The notes beneath the pieces are model-generated. The model saw only the letters and a list, made by a program, of their open reading frames with translations. It was not told where the DNA came from and ran no database searches. The translations under genes were made by a program, and so were the position numbers. Shown here piece by piece: positions 9,704 through 17,581 of a DNA stretch of 64,000 nucleotides (its first letter is position 1; each line of letters begins with the position of its first letter). The DNA lies in the IMG/VR virus record IMGVR_UViG_3300042308_001616, positions 124,001 through 188,000 of that record; one strand, 5' to 3'.

Positions 9704-10480
9704 CTATCTCCTACCACCACCAAACTGGTATCCGAAACGGAGCTGCCATACCCACGATAGTGGAGTAGTTCCGTCCGGACCAGGATAAAACTGAACTCCA
9801 CCCATCGGTGTCAATGTGAATGAATTAGAGTAGTCACTGTCATTTCCAATTACGATAAATTTATTACCTAAGTCAACACCAAAACCAAAACCACCAAACG
9901 GTGAAAGTCCGTCTCCCCAGAAACGACCATAACCCATTCTTCCCTGTAAGAATGCACCCTCACCAGATGTGTTTTGAACAAAATAGAACCTAGTAAATAT
10001 CTCTGGTCGGACACCCACATAGTAATAACTAAGTGTGTAAAAACTTAAAACTCCACCTACTGTCCAATGTTCAGTACGTGTATCAGACTCCCACTCTACT
10101 CTGAACTTAGAGACCGACATTTCACTTAATTTAACTCCCATCGAAACAGAAAGATGACCTAAGAAATTGTATGTATATCCATGATGTACTGACGATGATG
10201 TTGTCAATGGAAGGTTAATTCTACCAGCCGGCTCCGGAATATCCGAAGTAGAAGAAAGTCTCTTAGTATTATAAACACACGCGATTACAACTGGATCAAC
10301 TTTCTCATATGGACAACTACCAACTGTGTCTATATTATAAATTTTATATTTAGGAACCTCAATAGAAGGATACTCAACAGACCATTTCATATTTGGTCTA
10401 AGTTCAATTGACTGACCTCTCAGTGTAAATACGGTAAATGTGGCTAATAATAGTGCCAACAACCACGAAATCAACTTCAT
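9704..10480 (-). CDS. Secreted, probable outer-membrane beta-barrel protein
   Basis: Signal peptide; alternating hydrophobic/Gly strands; terminal strand 'WVWQLRFGYQF'. Confidence 0.55.
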   Translation of the reverse strand: MKLISWLLALLLATFTVFTLRGQSIELRPNMKWSVEYPSIEVPKYKIYNIDTVGSCPYEKVDPVVIACVYNTKRLSSTSDIPEPAGRINLPLTTSSSVHHGYTYNFLGHLSVSMGVKLSEMSVSKFRVEWESDTRTEHWTVGGVLSFYTLSYYYVGVRPEIFTRFYFVQNTSGEGAFLQGRMGYGRFWGDGLSPFGGFGFGVDLGNKFIVIGNDSDYSNSFTLTPMGGVQFYPGPDGTTPLSWVWQLRFGYQFGGGRR

Positions 10481-10584
10481 AACTAAAAATAATTATTTTT
10501 ATCATAATTATATATTTAGTAATGAAACATAATTATTTCATAAGTGTTGAAAAATCAATAATTTTGACTATGTTGAAAAAAAAA

Positions 10585-10980
10585 TTAAATTTTTCTACAA
10601 ACTCGAAAAACAACAACCGGATAGGGATATGGTTGTCTGTCAAACCAATCAAACCTAGATCCACCACCAACAGTCATATTAAGTGAGCCATAGTTCCAAG
10701 ACTTTGAGAAATATATCAAACTACGCCATCCACCAACAGAAGGAATCATCTGAAGTCCGTGTGCAGCACCAATAGACCAATCGTCATATATTCTGAAACT
10801 ACTACCAAACCAGGCACCAAAAACACCAACACCTAACTCCGGTTTTATTCTTCCATTATAAATTGAATACTCCACAGAAATACCGGCAGGAAGAACACCA
10901 CCAACACCATAAGAAAGTCTTGCTTGACCAAAAGATATAAACGAAGTCAATAAGAATAACAACAAAAGACGCATAATCAA
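10585..10980 (-). CDS. Secreted small beta-barrel-like membrane protein
   Basis: Signal peptide ending 'SFGQ'; Gly/aromatic amphipathic strands. Confidence 0.5.
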   Translation of the reverse strand: MIMRLLLLFLLTSFISFGQARLSYGVGGVLPAGISVEYSIYNGRIKPELGVGVFGAWFGSSFRIYDDWSIGAAHGLQMIPSVGGWRSLIYFSKSWNYGSLNMTVGGGSRFDWFDRQPYPYPVVVFRVCRKI

Positions 10981-11537
10981 TACTTTATTTTTATAAAAAT
11001 GTCATGTGGTGCTGTCTCATCACCACCAAAATAAGGCCAAAGGTAATACCTACTACCAGAAACATTATGCCATCTCTGCATATGTACGGTTATTGGATTG
11101 ACACCATCCAAACACGTGAATGTGTAATCATCACCAAGCGAAATACTACACGTATATTGTTTCCCTATCTCCAAATCACAAACCTTTTCAAAATGAAAAA
11201 TACCATTTAGATGTGTATAAGACATCAGTTCGAGTTTACCATTCAACCAACGCCATCCAAAACGAGCAGAATTCCTAATATGTAAACCACCATCACTTAC
11301 ACCAAATAGTTTATTGACATCATATTGATTTATCGGGTCGACGGTTGTATAAATAGATGTACTATCGAAAACAACATCGAATGTTATTATGTCTTTCCTA
11401 GTCCACTCTAGCGAGTTTGATGATGAATGATCACCCGAATCGATACGGAAGACAGACCACCCAGAGTCGTCTTTTTTATTACAACCCAATAAAATAAAGG
11501 AAAGTAACAAAACATATATTATTTTAAACATAAACAA
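10977..11537 (-). CDS. Lipoprotein (beta-sandwich-like)
   Basis: Lipobox LLG-C followed by NKKDD. Confidence 0.65.
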   Translation of the reverse strand: MFMFKIIYVLLLSFILLGCNKKDDSGWSVFRIDSGDHSSSNSLEWTRKDIITFDVVFDSTSIYTTVDPINQYDVNKLFGVSDGGLHIRNSARFGWRWLNGKLELMSYTHLNGIFHFEKVCDLEIGKQYTCSISLGDDYTFTCLDGVNPITVHMQRWHNVSGSRYYLWPYFGGDETAPHDIFIKIKY

Positions 11538-11579
11538 TACGTTTTTTTTTCATATTATATAGTAAAAAAATATCTCTAA

Positions 11580-11957
11580 ATGAAGACAAAGTTATTACTC
11601 GCACTATTTGTAATTGGAATCGCAATTGCAGCATATGTAGATCTTAGTAAGAAAGATCCTGAATGGACACCAAGTACTTGCAATAAAGGATTAGAAAGTT
11701 CAGTACATCAAAGAGAAAAGGATGGAACATGGGTGGTTGGTATAAAGAATAGATATCCAGATGAGTTGAAGACATTTGTAAACATACACACTTCTACGAA
11801 TGACATAACACAGGTAGTAAGACTAAGACCTGCTGAGACAATCTACCTCGATGCAAGTAAAATTAAAAATCCAGAAGAAGTAAAAGTTAAAATAGGTCCA
11901 TCATTCATTGTTAAAAATGATACAACAACCACATTGGTAATCTGTGACAGAAAATAA
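11580..11957 (+). CDS. Exported/membrane-anchored hypothetical protein
   Basis: N-terminal hydrophobic signal; 'W..GIKN' beta-rich domain. Confidence 0.6.
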   Translation: MKTKLLLALFVIGIAIAAYVDLSKKDPEWTPSTCNKGLESSVHQREKDGTWVVGIKNRYPDELKTFVNIHTSTNDITQVVRLRPAETIYLDASKIKNPEEVKVKIGPSFIVKNDTTTTLVICDRK

Positions 11958-11962
11958 TTAAA

Positions 11963-12364
11963 ATGATGGATACCATTAAGTACTTTTTTTATAAAATCGT
12001 AAAGGTCGTACTAATAATATTAGTTATGGCATTTATATATGCTGCGTGTGATAGTATCTTCGGAAAAGAAGATCCTAAGAATACCTGGTATTGGGCAGAC
12101 CAATGTCTACAAGACAGAATAACATACCGTGCCTGGAAACAAAATGGTGTCTGGTCATTCGAACTTGCCAACGATATGAAAGGTGATGTTATGATTACTT
12201 ATGAGATTATCGGTGATAAGATCGATGAACATACACAGATAATAAAATCTGGTGATTCATCTGGTATATTACCGGTGGATTCAGAGGAATGTCCAAAGGT
12301 AACAATTGTTTCAGTTGTTATGATGAAGTATGGAAAACCAGACTACATACTAAATTGTGAATAG
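11963..12364 (+). CDS. Membrane-anchored or lipoprotein hypothetical, possible paralog of the preceding gene
   Basis: Hydrophobic N-term, YAA-C; 'NGVWSFELAN' vs 'DGTWVVGIKN'. Confidence 0.55.
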   Translation: MMDTIKYFFYKIVKVVLIILVMAFIYAACDSIFGKEDPKNTWYWADQCLQDRITYRAWKQNGVWSFELANDMKGDVMITYEIIGDKIDEHTQIIKSGDSSGILPVDSEECPKVTIVSVVMMKYGKPDYILNCE

Positions 12365-12705
12365 TGATGAAATTAGACGAGACAGATGAAATAATAAAAG
12401 ACAAAATCAACGAGATAATGTCTGGTGAGTGGGACTCGAACTTCGAACCCGAGCAACTCAATATGCTGAAACGTAGGTCTTTCTTACTTAATAATATTAG
12501 CCAGAATGGTGCAGACATAACATTTGAGTGGAACGGAAACAAAATAAACGTACACAACAGCGACATAGTCGAACTGAGTATGTTCTGGGCTGACACATTC
12601 AACCACATCGTGTCGTCAATCATGTCGGATCCAATTTTCATAAACGCATATAACGCGTTCTCTCGTGAATGGAAGATAGACGGACTTCTCAAAAATAAAA
12701 AATAA
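12364..12705 (+). CDS. Hypothetical protein with C-terminal RExKIDxLL motif
   Basis: ORF in operon; ends 'REWKIDGLLKNKK'. Confidence 0.65.
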   Translation: MMKLDETDEIIKDKINEIMSGEWDSNFEPEQLNMLKRRSFLLNNISQNGADITFEWNGNKINVHNSDIVELSMFWADTFNHIVSSIMSDPIFINAYNAFSREWKIDGLLKNKK

Positions 12706-12709
12706 TGCA

Positions 12710-14086
12710 ATGATAAAACTTATTATATTTGATATGGATGGAGTTCTCGTAAATGCCAAAGAAATACACTACGAGACGTTGAATAACGCCATAGAGTTGA
12801 TTGTTGGTAAAAAATTCACAATAGATTTTTCAGAACACCTATCAACGTACGATGGTCTAAAAACTACACAGAAGTTAGATATGTTAAGTGAGAAGAAAGG
12901 ACTTAATAAATCAGAACATCAGAAAATATGGGACATAAAACAAAAACTAACACAAAAAAGTATTGGTGAAATTGGTCAGAATAACGAAATTATTTCATTA
13001 GTAAGTTGGCTCAAAGAAGAAGGATATATACTAGCGTGTTGTTCAAACTCAATAAGGAAAACAATATTTTTAGCATTATCTAGGATTGGTATTATAGAGT
13101 ATATGGACCTAATACTCTCCAATCAAGATGTACAGAGAGGGAAACCATATCCAGAAATTTACTGGAAAGCAATGAGTAATTTAGGATACTTACCAGAAGA
13201 AACACTAATAATTGAAGACTCACCTACAGGATTATTAGCAGCACATAGATCCGGTGCCAATATACTCAGAGTTGATAATCCATCACAAGTTCGAAAATCA
13301 AAAATCGATGAAGTAATATCAATGATAAATAAAACAAATAATATGAAAAACCCAAAGTGGAGAAATGATAAATTGAACGTACTCGTACCGATGGCCGGTG
13401 CAGGTACTCGTTTCGAAAAAGCAGGATATACATTTCCAAAACCTCTAATAGAAGTAAACGGAAAACCTATGATACAAGTTGTTGTAGAGAACTTAAACAT
13501 AGATGCAAACTACATATATGTCGTACAAAAAAGTCACAGAACTAAATACAATTTAGACACTCTTTTGAATCTAATAACTCCAAATTGTAGAATAGTGGAG
13601 GTAGAAGGAATAACAGAAGGTGCGGCATGTACTGCACTTCTCGCTAAAGAATTAATTGATAACGACGAACCACTTTTCTTTGCTAACTCAGATCAGTTCG
13701 CAGAATGGGACTCAAATGAGTTTATGTACAAAATGACAGAGACCAATTGTGATGGTGCAATTGTCACTTTCAAAGCTACACACCCAAAATGGTCATTTGC
13801 CAAATTAGATGATAATGGATTTGTTACAGAAGTTGCGGAAAAAAATCCTATCTCAGAAAACGCAACGGTCGGATTCTACTATTGGAAGAGAGGTTCGGAC
13901 TTTGTGAAGTATGCAGAGAGTATGATAGATAAAGATATACGTGTAAATAACGAGTTCTATGTTTGTCCTGTTTTCAATCAAGCGATTGATGACGGTCTAA
14001 AAGTCAGAACATTCGAAATTAGTAGAATGTGGGGACTCGGAACACCCGAAGATTTAAACCACTACCTAAATCATCATACAGAATGA
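12710..14086 (+). CDS. HAD-family phosphatase fused to sugar nucleotidyltransferase
   Basis: N-term DMDGVL, KPYPEIY, IEDS; C-term PMAGAGTRF, PKPLIEV, NSDQ, EKNPIS, GLGTPEDL. Confidence 0.9.
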   Translation: MIKLIIFDMDGVLVNAKEIHYETLNNAIELIVGKKFTIDFSEHLSTYDGLKTTQKLDMLSEKKGLNKSEHQKIWDIKQKLTQKSIGEIGQNNEIISLVSWLKEEGYILACCSNSIRKTIFLALSRIGIIEYMDLILSNQDVQRGKPYPEIYWKAMSNLGYLPEETLIIEDSPTGLLAAHRSGANILRVDNPSQVRKSKIDEVISMINKTNNMKNPKWRNDKLNVLVPMAGAGTRFEKAGYTFPKPLIEVNGKPMIQVVVENLNIDANYIYVVQKSHRTKYNLDTLLNLITPNCRIVEVEGITEGAACTALLAKELIDNDEPLFFANSDQFAEWDSNEFMYKMTETNCDGAIVTFKATHPKWSFAKLDDNGFVTEVAEKNPISENATVGFYYWKRGSDFVKYAESMIDKDIRVNNEFYVCPVFNQAIDDGLKVRTFEISRMWGLGTPEDLNHYLNHHTE

Positions 14087-14532
14087 TACTCATATCACAC
14101 CGCGGAAACACCAACGGAAGGCTCGATGATAAAGAGAACGAACCAACTTATATAGATTTTGCAATAAAAAAAGGATTCGACGTCGAGATTGACGTATGGT
14201 ACAAAGACAAAATGCTTTGGCTAGGACACGACGAACCACAATATGGTGTGGACTTCAGATGGTTCCGTGACAGACTAACGAAACTATGGGTACACTGCAA
14301 AAACACAGCAGCAGTGGTTTATTTCAAAGATTGTGGATACGACGTCAACTACTTCTGGCACCAGGAAGACGACCTAACACTAACATCCAAAGGTCACATC
14401 TGGGCTTACCCAGGTAAGCAACCAATAAAAGGATCAATCGCAGTGATGCCAGAGATACACGGTGACGACCTTTCAGAATGTCTGGGTATCTGTTCGGACA
14501 ACCCAGAACTTTACTCACAAACCGAAGAGTAA
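14083..14532 (+). CDS. Glycerophosphodiester-phosphodiesterase/PLC-like small protein
   Basis: 'ISHRGN...EIDVW...LGHD...WVHCKN...GICSD'; ATGA-coupled to the upstream gene (start revised from 14029). Confidence 0.75.
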   Translation: MILISHRGNTNGRLDDKENEPTYIDFAIKKGFDVEIDVWYKDKMLWLGHDEPQYGVDFRWFRDRLTKLWVHCKNTAAVVYFKDCGYDVNYFWHQEDDLTLTSKGHIWAYPGKQPIKGSIAVMPEIHGDDLSECLGICSDNPELYSQTEE

Positions 14533-14909
14533 TGAAAACATACGTAACACATACACACCATTTCACATACGAATGTTTGATGATATTCTATGTAAAGCCG
14601 TACTCTAAACTTGTCGACGTAAACATAGCAAACAACATGGTCTATGCTACGTTCGAATCACCAATAGAACCGATGGATTGTAACAAGAAATTCGAGATAA
14701 AACTCGTGAATACGTTCGCAGTAACACCATTTGAACTCTCCTTCTATGGTTCTGTAAAGAAGTCTGATATCAATATTATAGTCACATCTTCTGGTGCCTC
14801 TGCACAATTCTCACCCGAACTACTCGAGACTCTTTATATGGTCTACTACACCGAGTCGAAGCAACCGGAGGAGATACGTGACGAAAGGATTGATGAAGTT
14901 TTAATGTAA
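14532..14909 (+). CDS. Hypothetical protein with C-terminal RDERIDEVL motif
   Basis: TAATG coupling (start revised from 14478); C-terminal motif. Confidence 0.65.
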   Translation: MKTYVTHTHHFTYECLMIFYVKPYSKLVDVNIANNMVYATFESPIEPMDCNKKFEIKLVNTFAVTPFELSFYGSVKKSDINIIVTSSGASAQFSPELLETLYMVYYTESKQPEEIRDERIDEVLM

Positions 14910-14938
14910 AATGCCACTCTTAGAGTGGCATTTTTTTT
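14908..14938. terminator. Intrinsic terminator between convergent genes
   Basis: AAATGCCACTCT-t-AGAGTGGCATTTTTTTT. Confidence 0.8.
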
Positions 14939-15189
14939 AGTTTTATTTTTAAATCACCAGTTCCTTTTATAAGTCGGTGATAAACACCCATTGGTATGAA
15001 TACTTCTCCTTCTATTTTCATCGGAAGTTGATTATCTAATTGAATACCCCAATCAGTATCACCAATTGATTCAATTACACGAGATTCAAAATCTCGATGC
15101 CACATAAACTCACCGGAGTCAGTATCCTGACTAAACTCTCTGATAAACGTATTATCACTTATTTTAGTTTCTTGAAATGGAAGTGTCAT
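14920..15189 (-). CDS. Small cupin-like protein
   Basis: 'MWHRD.ESR...WGIQLDNQLP...IPMGVYHRLIKG'; ATGA-coupled start MTLPFQETK. Confidence 0.65.
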   Translation of the reverse strand: MTLPFQETKISDNTFIREFSQDTDSGEFMWHRDFESRVIESIGDTDWGIQLDNQLPMKIEGEVFIPMGVYHRLIKGTGDLKIKLKKMPL

Positions 15190-15190
15190 A
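15158..15190. repeat. 33-bp direct repeat, copy 1 (start of cupin gene)
   Basis: cttattttagtttcttgaaatggaagtgtcata; 1 mismatch to 15614-15646. Confidence 0.9.
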
Positions 15191-15605
15191 CACCAACCCA
15201 CGCTTTAATTTTATCCTGTAATTCACTAACAGCAACCGCTCTATGAGCACCGTCTATAATTCTATAATCCTCATCGACAACTATTGGTGGATAATCACCG
15301 GTTTCCTCTATAATACTTTTGTATTCCAGGACACTATCCTCGTTGATATAAAACTCATCCAAGTCTATTTGAGATATAGATAATTCAGTAAGTTTGTATA
15401 TTTCAAATTCTTCTATTCGGTCACTCAAATCACCATCTATAAAAGCACCTTCATAATCATCGTGTAAATATTGAACATAGTTGTAGATATATTCCTCTGA
15501 GATTTTATCACCAATCTTGGCATTGTACCAACATTTATTCAAATCAGCTCTACTCTTCAACTTCTCGTTTGCTTCAAATATTTTATATGTCTTCAAATGT
15601 CTCAT
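15186..15605 (-). CDS. ParB/Srx-like domain protein with capsid-targeting-like leader
   Basis: 'YPPIVVDEDYRIIDGAHRAVA'; starts MRHLKTYKIFEANE. Confidence 0.75.
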   Translation of the reverse strand: MRHLKTYKIFEANEKLKSRADLNKCWYNAKIGDKISEEYIYNYVQYLHDDYEGAFIDGDLSDRIEEFEIYKLTELSISQIDLDEFYINEDSVLEYKSIIEETGDYPPIVVDEDYRIIDGAHRAVAVSELQDKIKAWVGV

Positions 15606-15613
15606 ATAATTCT

Positions 15614-15646
15614 CTTATTTTAGTTTCTTGAAAAGGAAGTGTCATA
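15614..15646. repeat. 33-bp direct repeat, copy 2 (orphan copy of cupin gene start)
   Basis: cttattttagtttcttgaaaaggaagtgtcata; encodes a truncated MTLPFQETKI on the minus strand. Confidence 0.9.
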
Positions 15647-16445
15647 TTTTAAACTTCGTTTTATTTAACATATCTATTATATAATCTGAATATTGTTCAG
15701 CTGTAAACTTTTTACCATATTGAGATTTCATTTTCTGAAACTGATCATTTACTCTATTTGCAACCATTAGACCAAAGCTATTTTTATCTCTACCTTTTGC
15801 AGTATCTATTCCAAAATCATAAGCTCTTTTCTTAGTTTGTATACCAGTTTTCTTTAACCAATTATTATATACTTCTAATACTTTATTTTGGTCATTATCT
15901 TTATACCAATAAAACTTTAGATGGTCATTATCTTCGATAAAATGTTTAGCATCATATCCACATTTGAAAGAAATTGCTGAGTTTTTTAATTCACCTTCTG
16001 TACAAGATTTGTAGAAGTCACTTATAAGAGTTCCGAGGCCATTGAACCATCTTTTCAAGTTGTCTTCACTTTTTTCAAATGTTACATAAAAGTTTTTTGT
16101 TATTTCCTGATCACCTATTACTTCTTTTTGTTTAAGACTTGAGTTATAATTTACACCAAACCACTCATTTTGGTCATCCTGTCCAATTTTCATTACCCCA
16201 CTTTTATACTTAGCTAAGTATTCATCAAGTGTTTTTTTCCAACTAGTAGATACTTTTTGAATAAAATCATTAAGTTCTGTATGTTCTTCTTTTCCTCGAA
16301 TTATATTTTGATAAATCCAAGAAGAAAAATCCATATTCGCACCATCTAAGCTACTATTTATAAAATTGATTAGTTTTTTTCTTCTCTCATCACTTATTGT
16401 GAAAAATGAGTTTTCAAATATTTTATATGTTTTTAAATGTTTCAT
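15642..16445 (-). CDS. Hypothetical protein with leader MKHLKTYKIFEN
   Basis: Start revised from 16490; leader nearly identical at DNA level to that of 15186..15605. Confidence 0.7.
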   Translation of the reverse strand: MKHLKTYKIFENSFFTISDERRKKLINFINSSLDGANMDFSSWIYQNIIRGKEEHTELNDFIQKVSTSWKKTLDEYLAKYKSGVMKIGQDDQNEWFGVNYNSSLKQKEVIGDQEITKNFYVTFEKSEDNLKRWFNGLGTLISDFYKSCTEGELKNSAISFKCGYDAKHFIEDNDHLKFYWYKDNDQNKVLEVYNNWLKKTGIQTKKRAYDFGIDTAKGRDKNSFGLMVANRVNDQFQKMKSQYGKKFTAEQYSDYIIDMLNKTKFKI

Positions 16446-16456
16446 AAATCTTTTTT

Positions 16457-17029
16457 TTACCAAAAGCCGGGATAGGTACGGCCGTTCCACAAATGCGAGT
16501 AGCGGTTAATTCTGCATGCCCAGTACCCTGCTTTTGTTTTATCTTTTTTATCTTTACAATTATGACGCGCAGAAAATGCCTTTCTTGCCTTAGGATTAGA
16601 TACCTTAGCAGTTAATCCACCATGAACATCACCAAAAGCAATCTTTTTTACTTTACCGGTCTTAGGATTCTTAACATAAACGTGGTACTTCTTAGTTCCA
16701 CCTCTCATAGGATGGTTCAGTTTAACTTCTCTACCTTTGTATTCCGCCTCATTCATCTCTTCAACAGTCTCCATCGGAAGATCCAACGGAACTATCTCAC
16801 CATCAAATTCGACAAACTTACCTAAATCTGTACTCTCAAAAAGATATTTATCCAATCCACTAAATATAACTTCACCAGAATCAAATAATAATCTAGCCTC
16901 TTTTATGAGTTCAAGAAAGGAATCAGATCCAGGTCTAAAAACATTTTCAACAACAGATATATTATTATCAAGGTGATAATTCAATTTCTCAGAAACTAAA
17001 AAATTATTGAATTTCTTTATATAATTCAT
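16457..17029 (-). CDS. Conserved viral protein with basic C-terminal domain and leader MNYIKKFNNF
   Basis: 'KKYHVYVKNPKTGKVKKIAFGD...ARKAFSARHNC...AGYWAC' recalls basic domains shared by jumbo phages and giant viruses (family name uncertain). Confidence 0.65.
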   Translation of the reverse strand: MNYIKKFNNFLVSEKLNYHLDNNISVVENVFRPGSDSFLELIKEARLLFDSGEVIFSGLDKYLFESTDLGKFVEFDGEIVPLDLPMETVEEMNEAEYKGREVKLNHPMRGGTKKYHVYVKNPKTGKVKKIAFGDVHGGLTAKVSNPKARKAFSARHNCKDKKDKTKAGYWACRINRYSHLWNGRTYPGFW

Positions 17030-17037
17030 AATGTTTG

Positions 17038-17502
17038 TTATACATTTTTAATAAAGTCTATAAAAGGAACAACACCAGACACATCAGTTGTTTGAGTTGT
17101 TTCTTCACCACCATCAATATTTTCACATTCACAAGGATTACAATCACAACCAGAACAACACTCATCATCACTAGGGTTTATAGCACCCATAAAAATTTTA
17201 GAAGGATCTAAAACATCTTCTTCCGGTGCCACTTCATCAACAGATATAGAAATTGTAAAGTCTTCAAACTTTTTAATTGATTTCTTCAAACCAGGTGTTG
17301 TTACCTGTATTTCTTTTTTGAGTTTTTTTTCTGCAGCCTTTGGCATCTCCTCTAAATCAGAAACGAATGGTGCTTTACTAACAAAACCTTCTGTTTCATC
17401 AACTTCTTTATCTAATAAGGAATCTACATCAAACTCAATCTCAATATTTTTATCCTTAGCAATCTTAGCCTTAGCGGCCTCATGGAATCTATTTATGTGC
17501 AT
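17038..17502 (-). CDS. Acidic hypothetical protein with Cys cluster and internal IKKFEDF motif
   Basis: 'ECCSGCDCNPCECE'; WATATATA box upstream. Confidence 0.65.
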   Translation of the reverse strand: MHINRFHEAAKAKIAKDKNIEIEFDVDSLLDKEVDETEGFVSKAPFVSDLEEMPKAAEKKLKKEIQVTTPGLKKSIKKFEDFTISISVDEVAPEEDVLDPSKIFMGAINPSDDECCSGCDCNPCECENIDGGEETTQTTDVSGVVPFIDFIKNV

Positions 17503-17523
17503 AGTATTAAATTATTTGTAGTG

Positions 17524-17560
17524 TATATATTATTACCGAGATATGCCAATTTTATATATA
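17524..17560. promoter_or_regulatory. Back-to-back divergent WATATATA boxes
   Basis: Minus AATATATA 17524-17531; plus TATATATA 17553-17560. Confidence 0.55.
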
Positions 17561-17581
17561 AGCTAAACAAAAGGTCTTTAG

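Noticed and set aside
15158-15646. IS/transposon with target-site duplication
   Set aside because: No transposase or terminal inverted repeats; 33 bp is better explained by recombination
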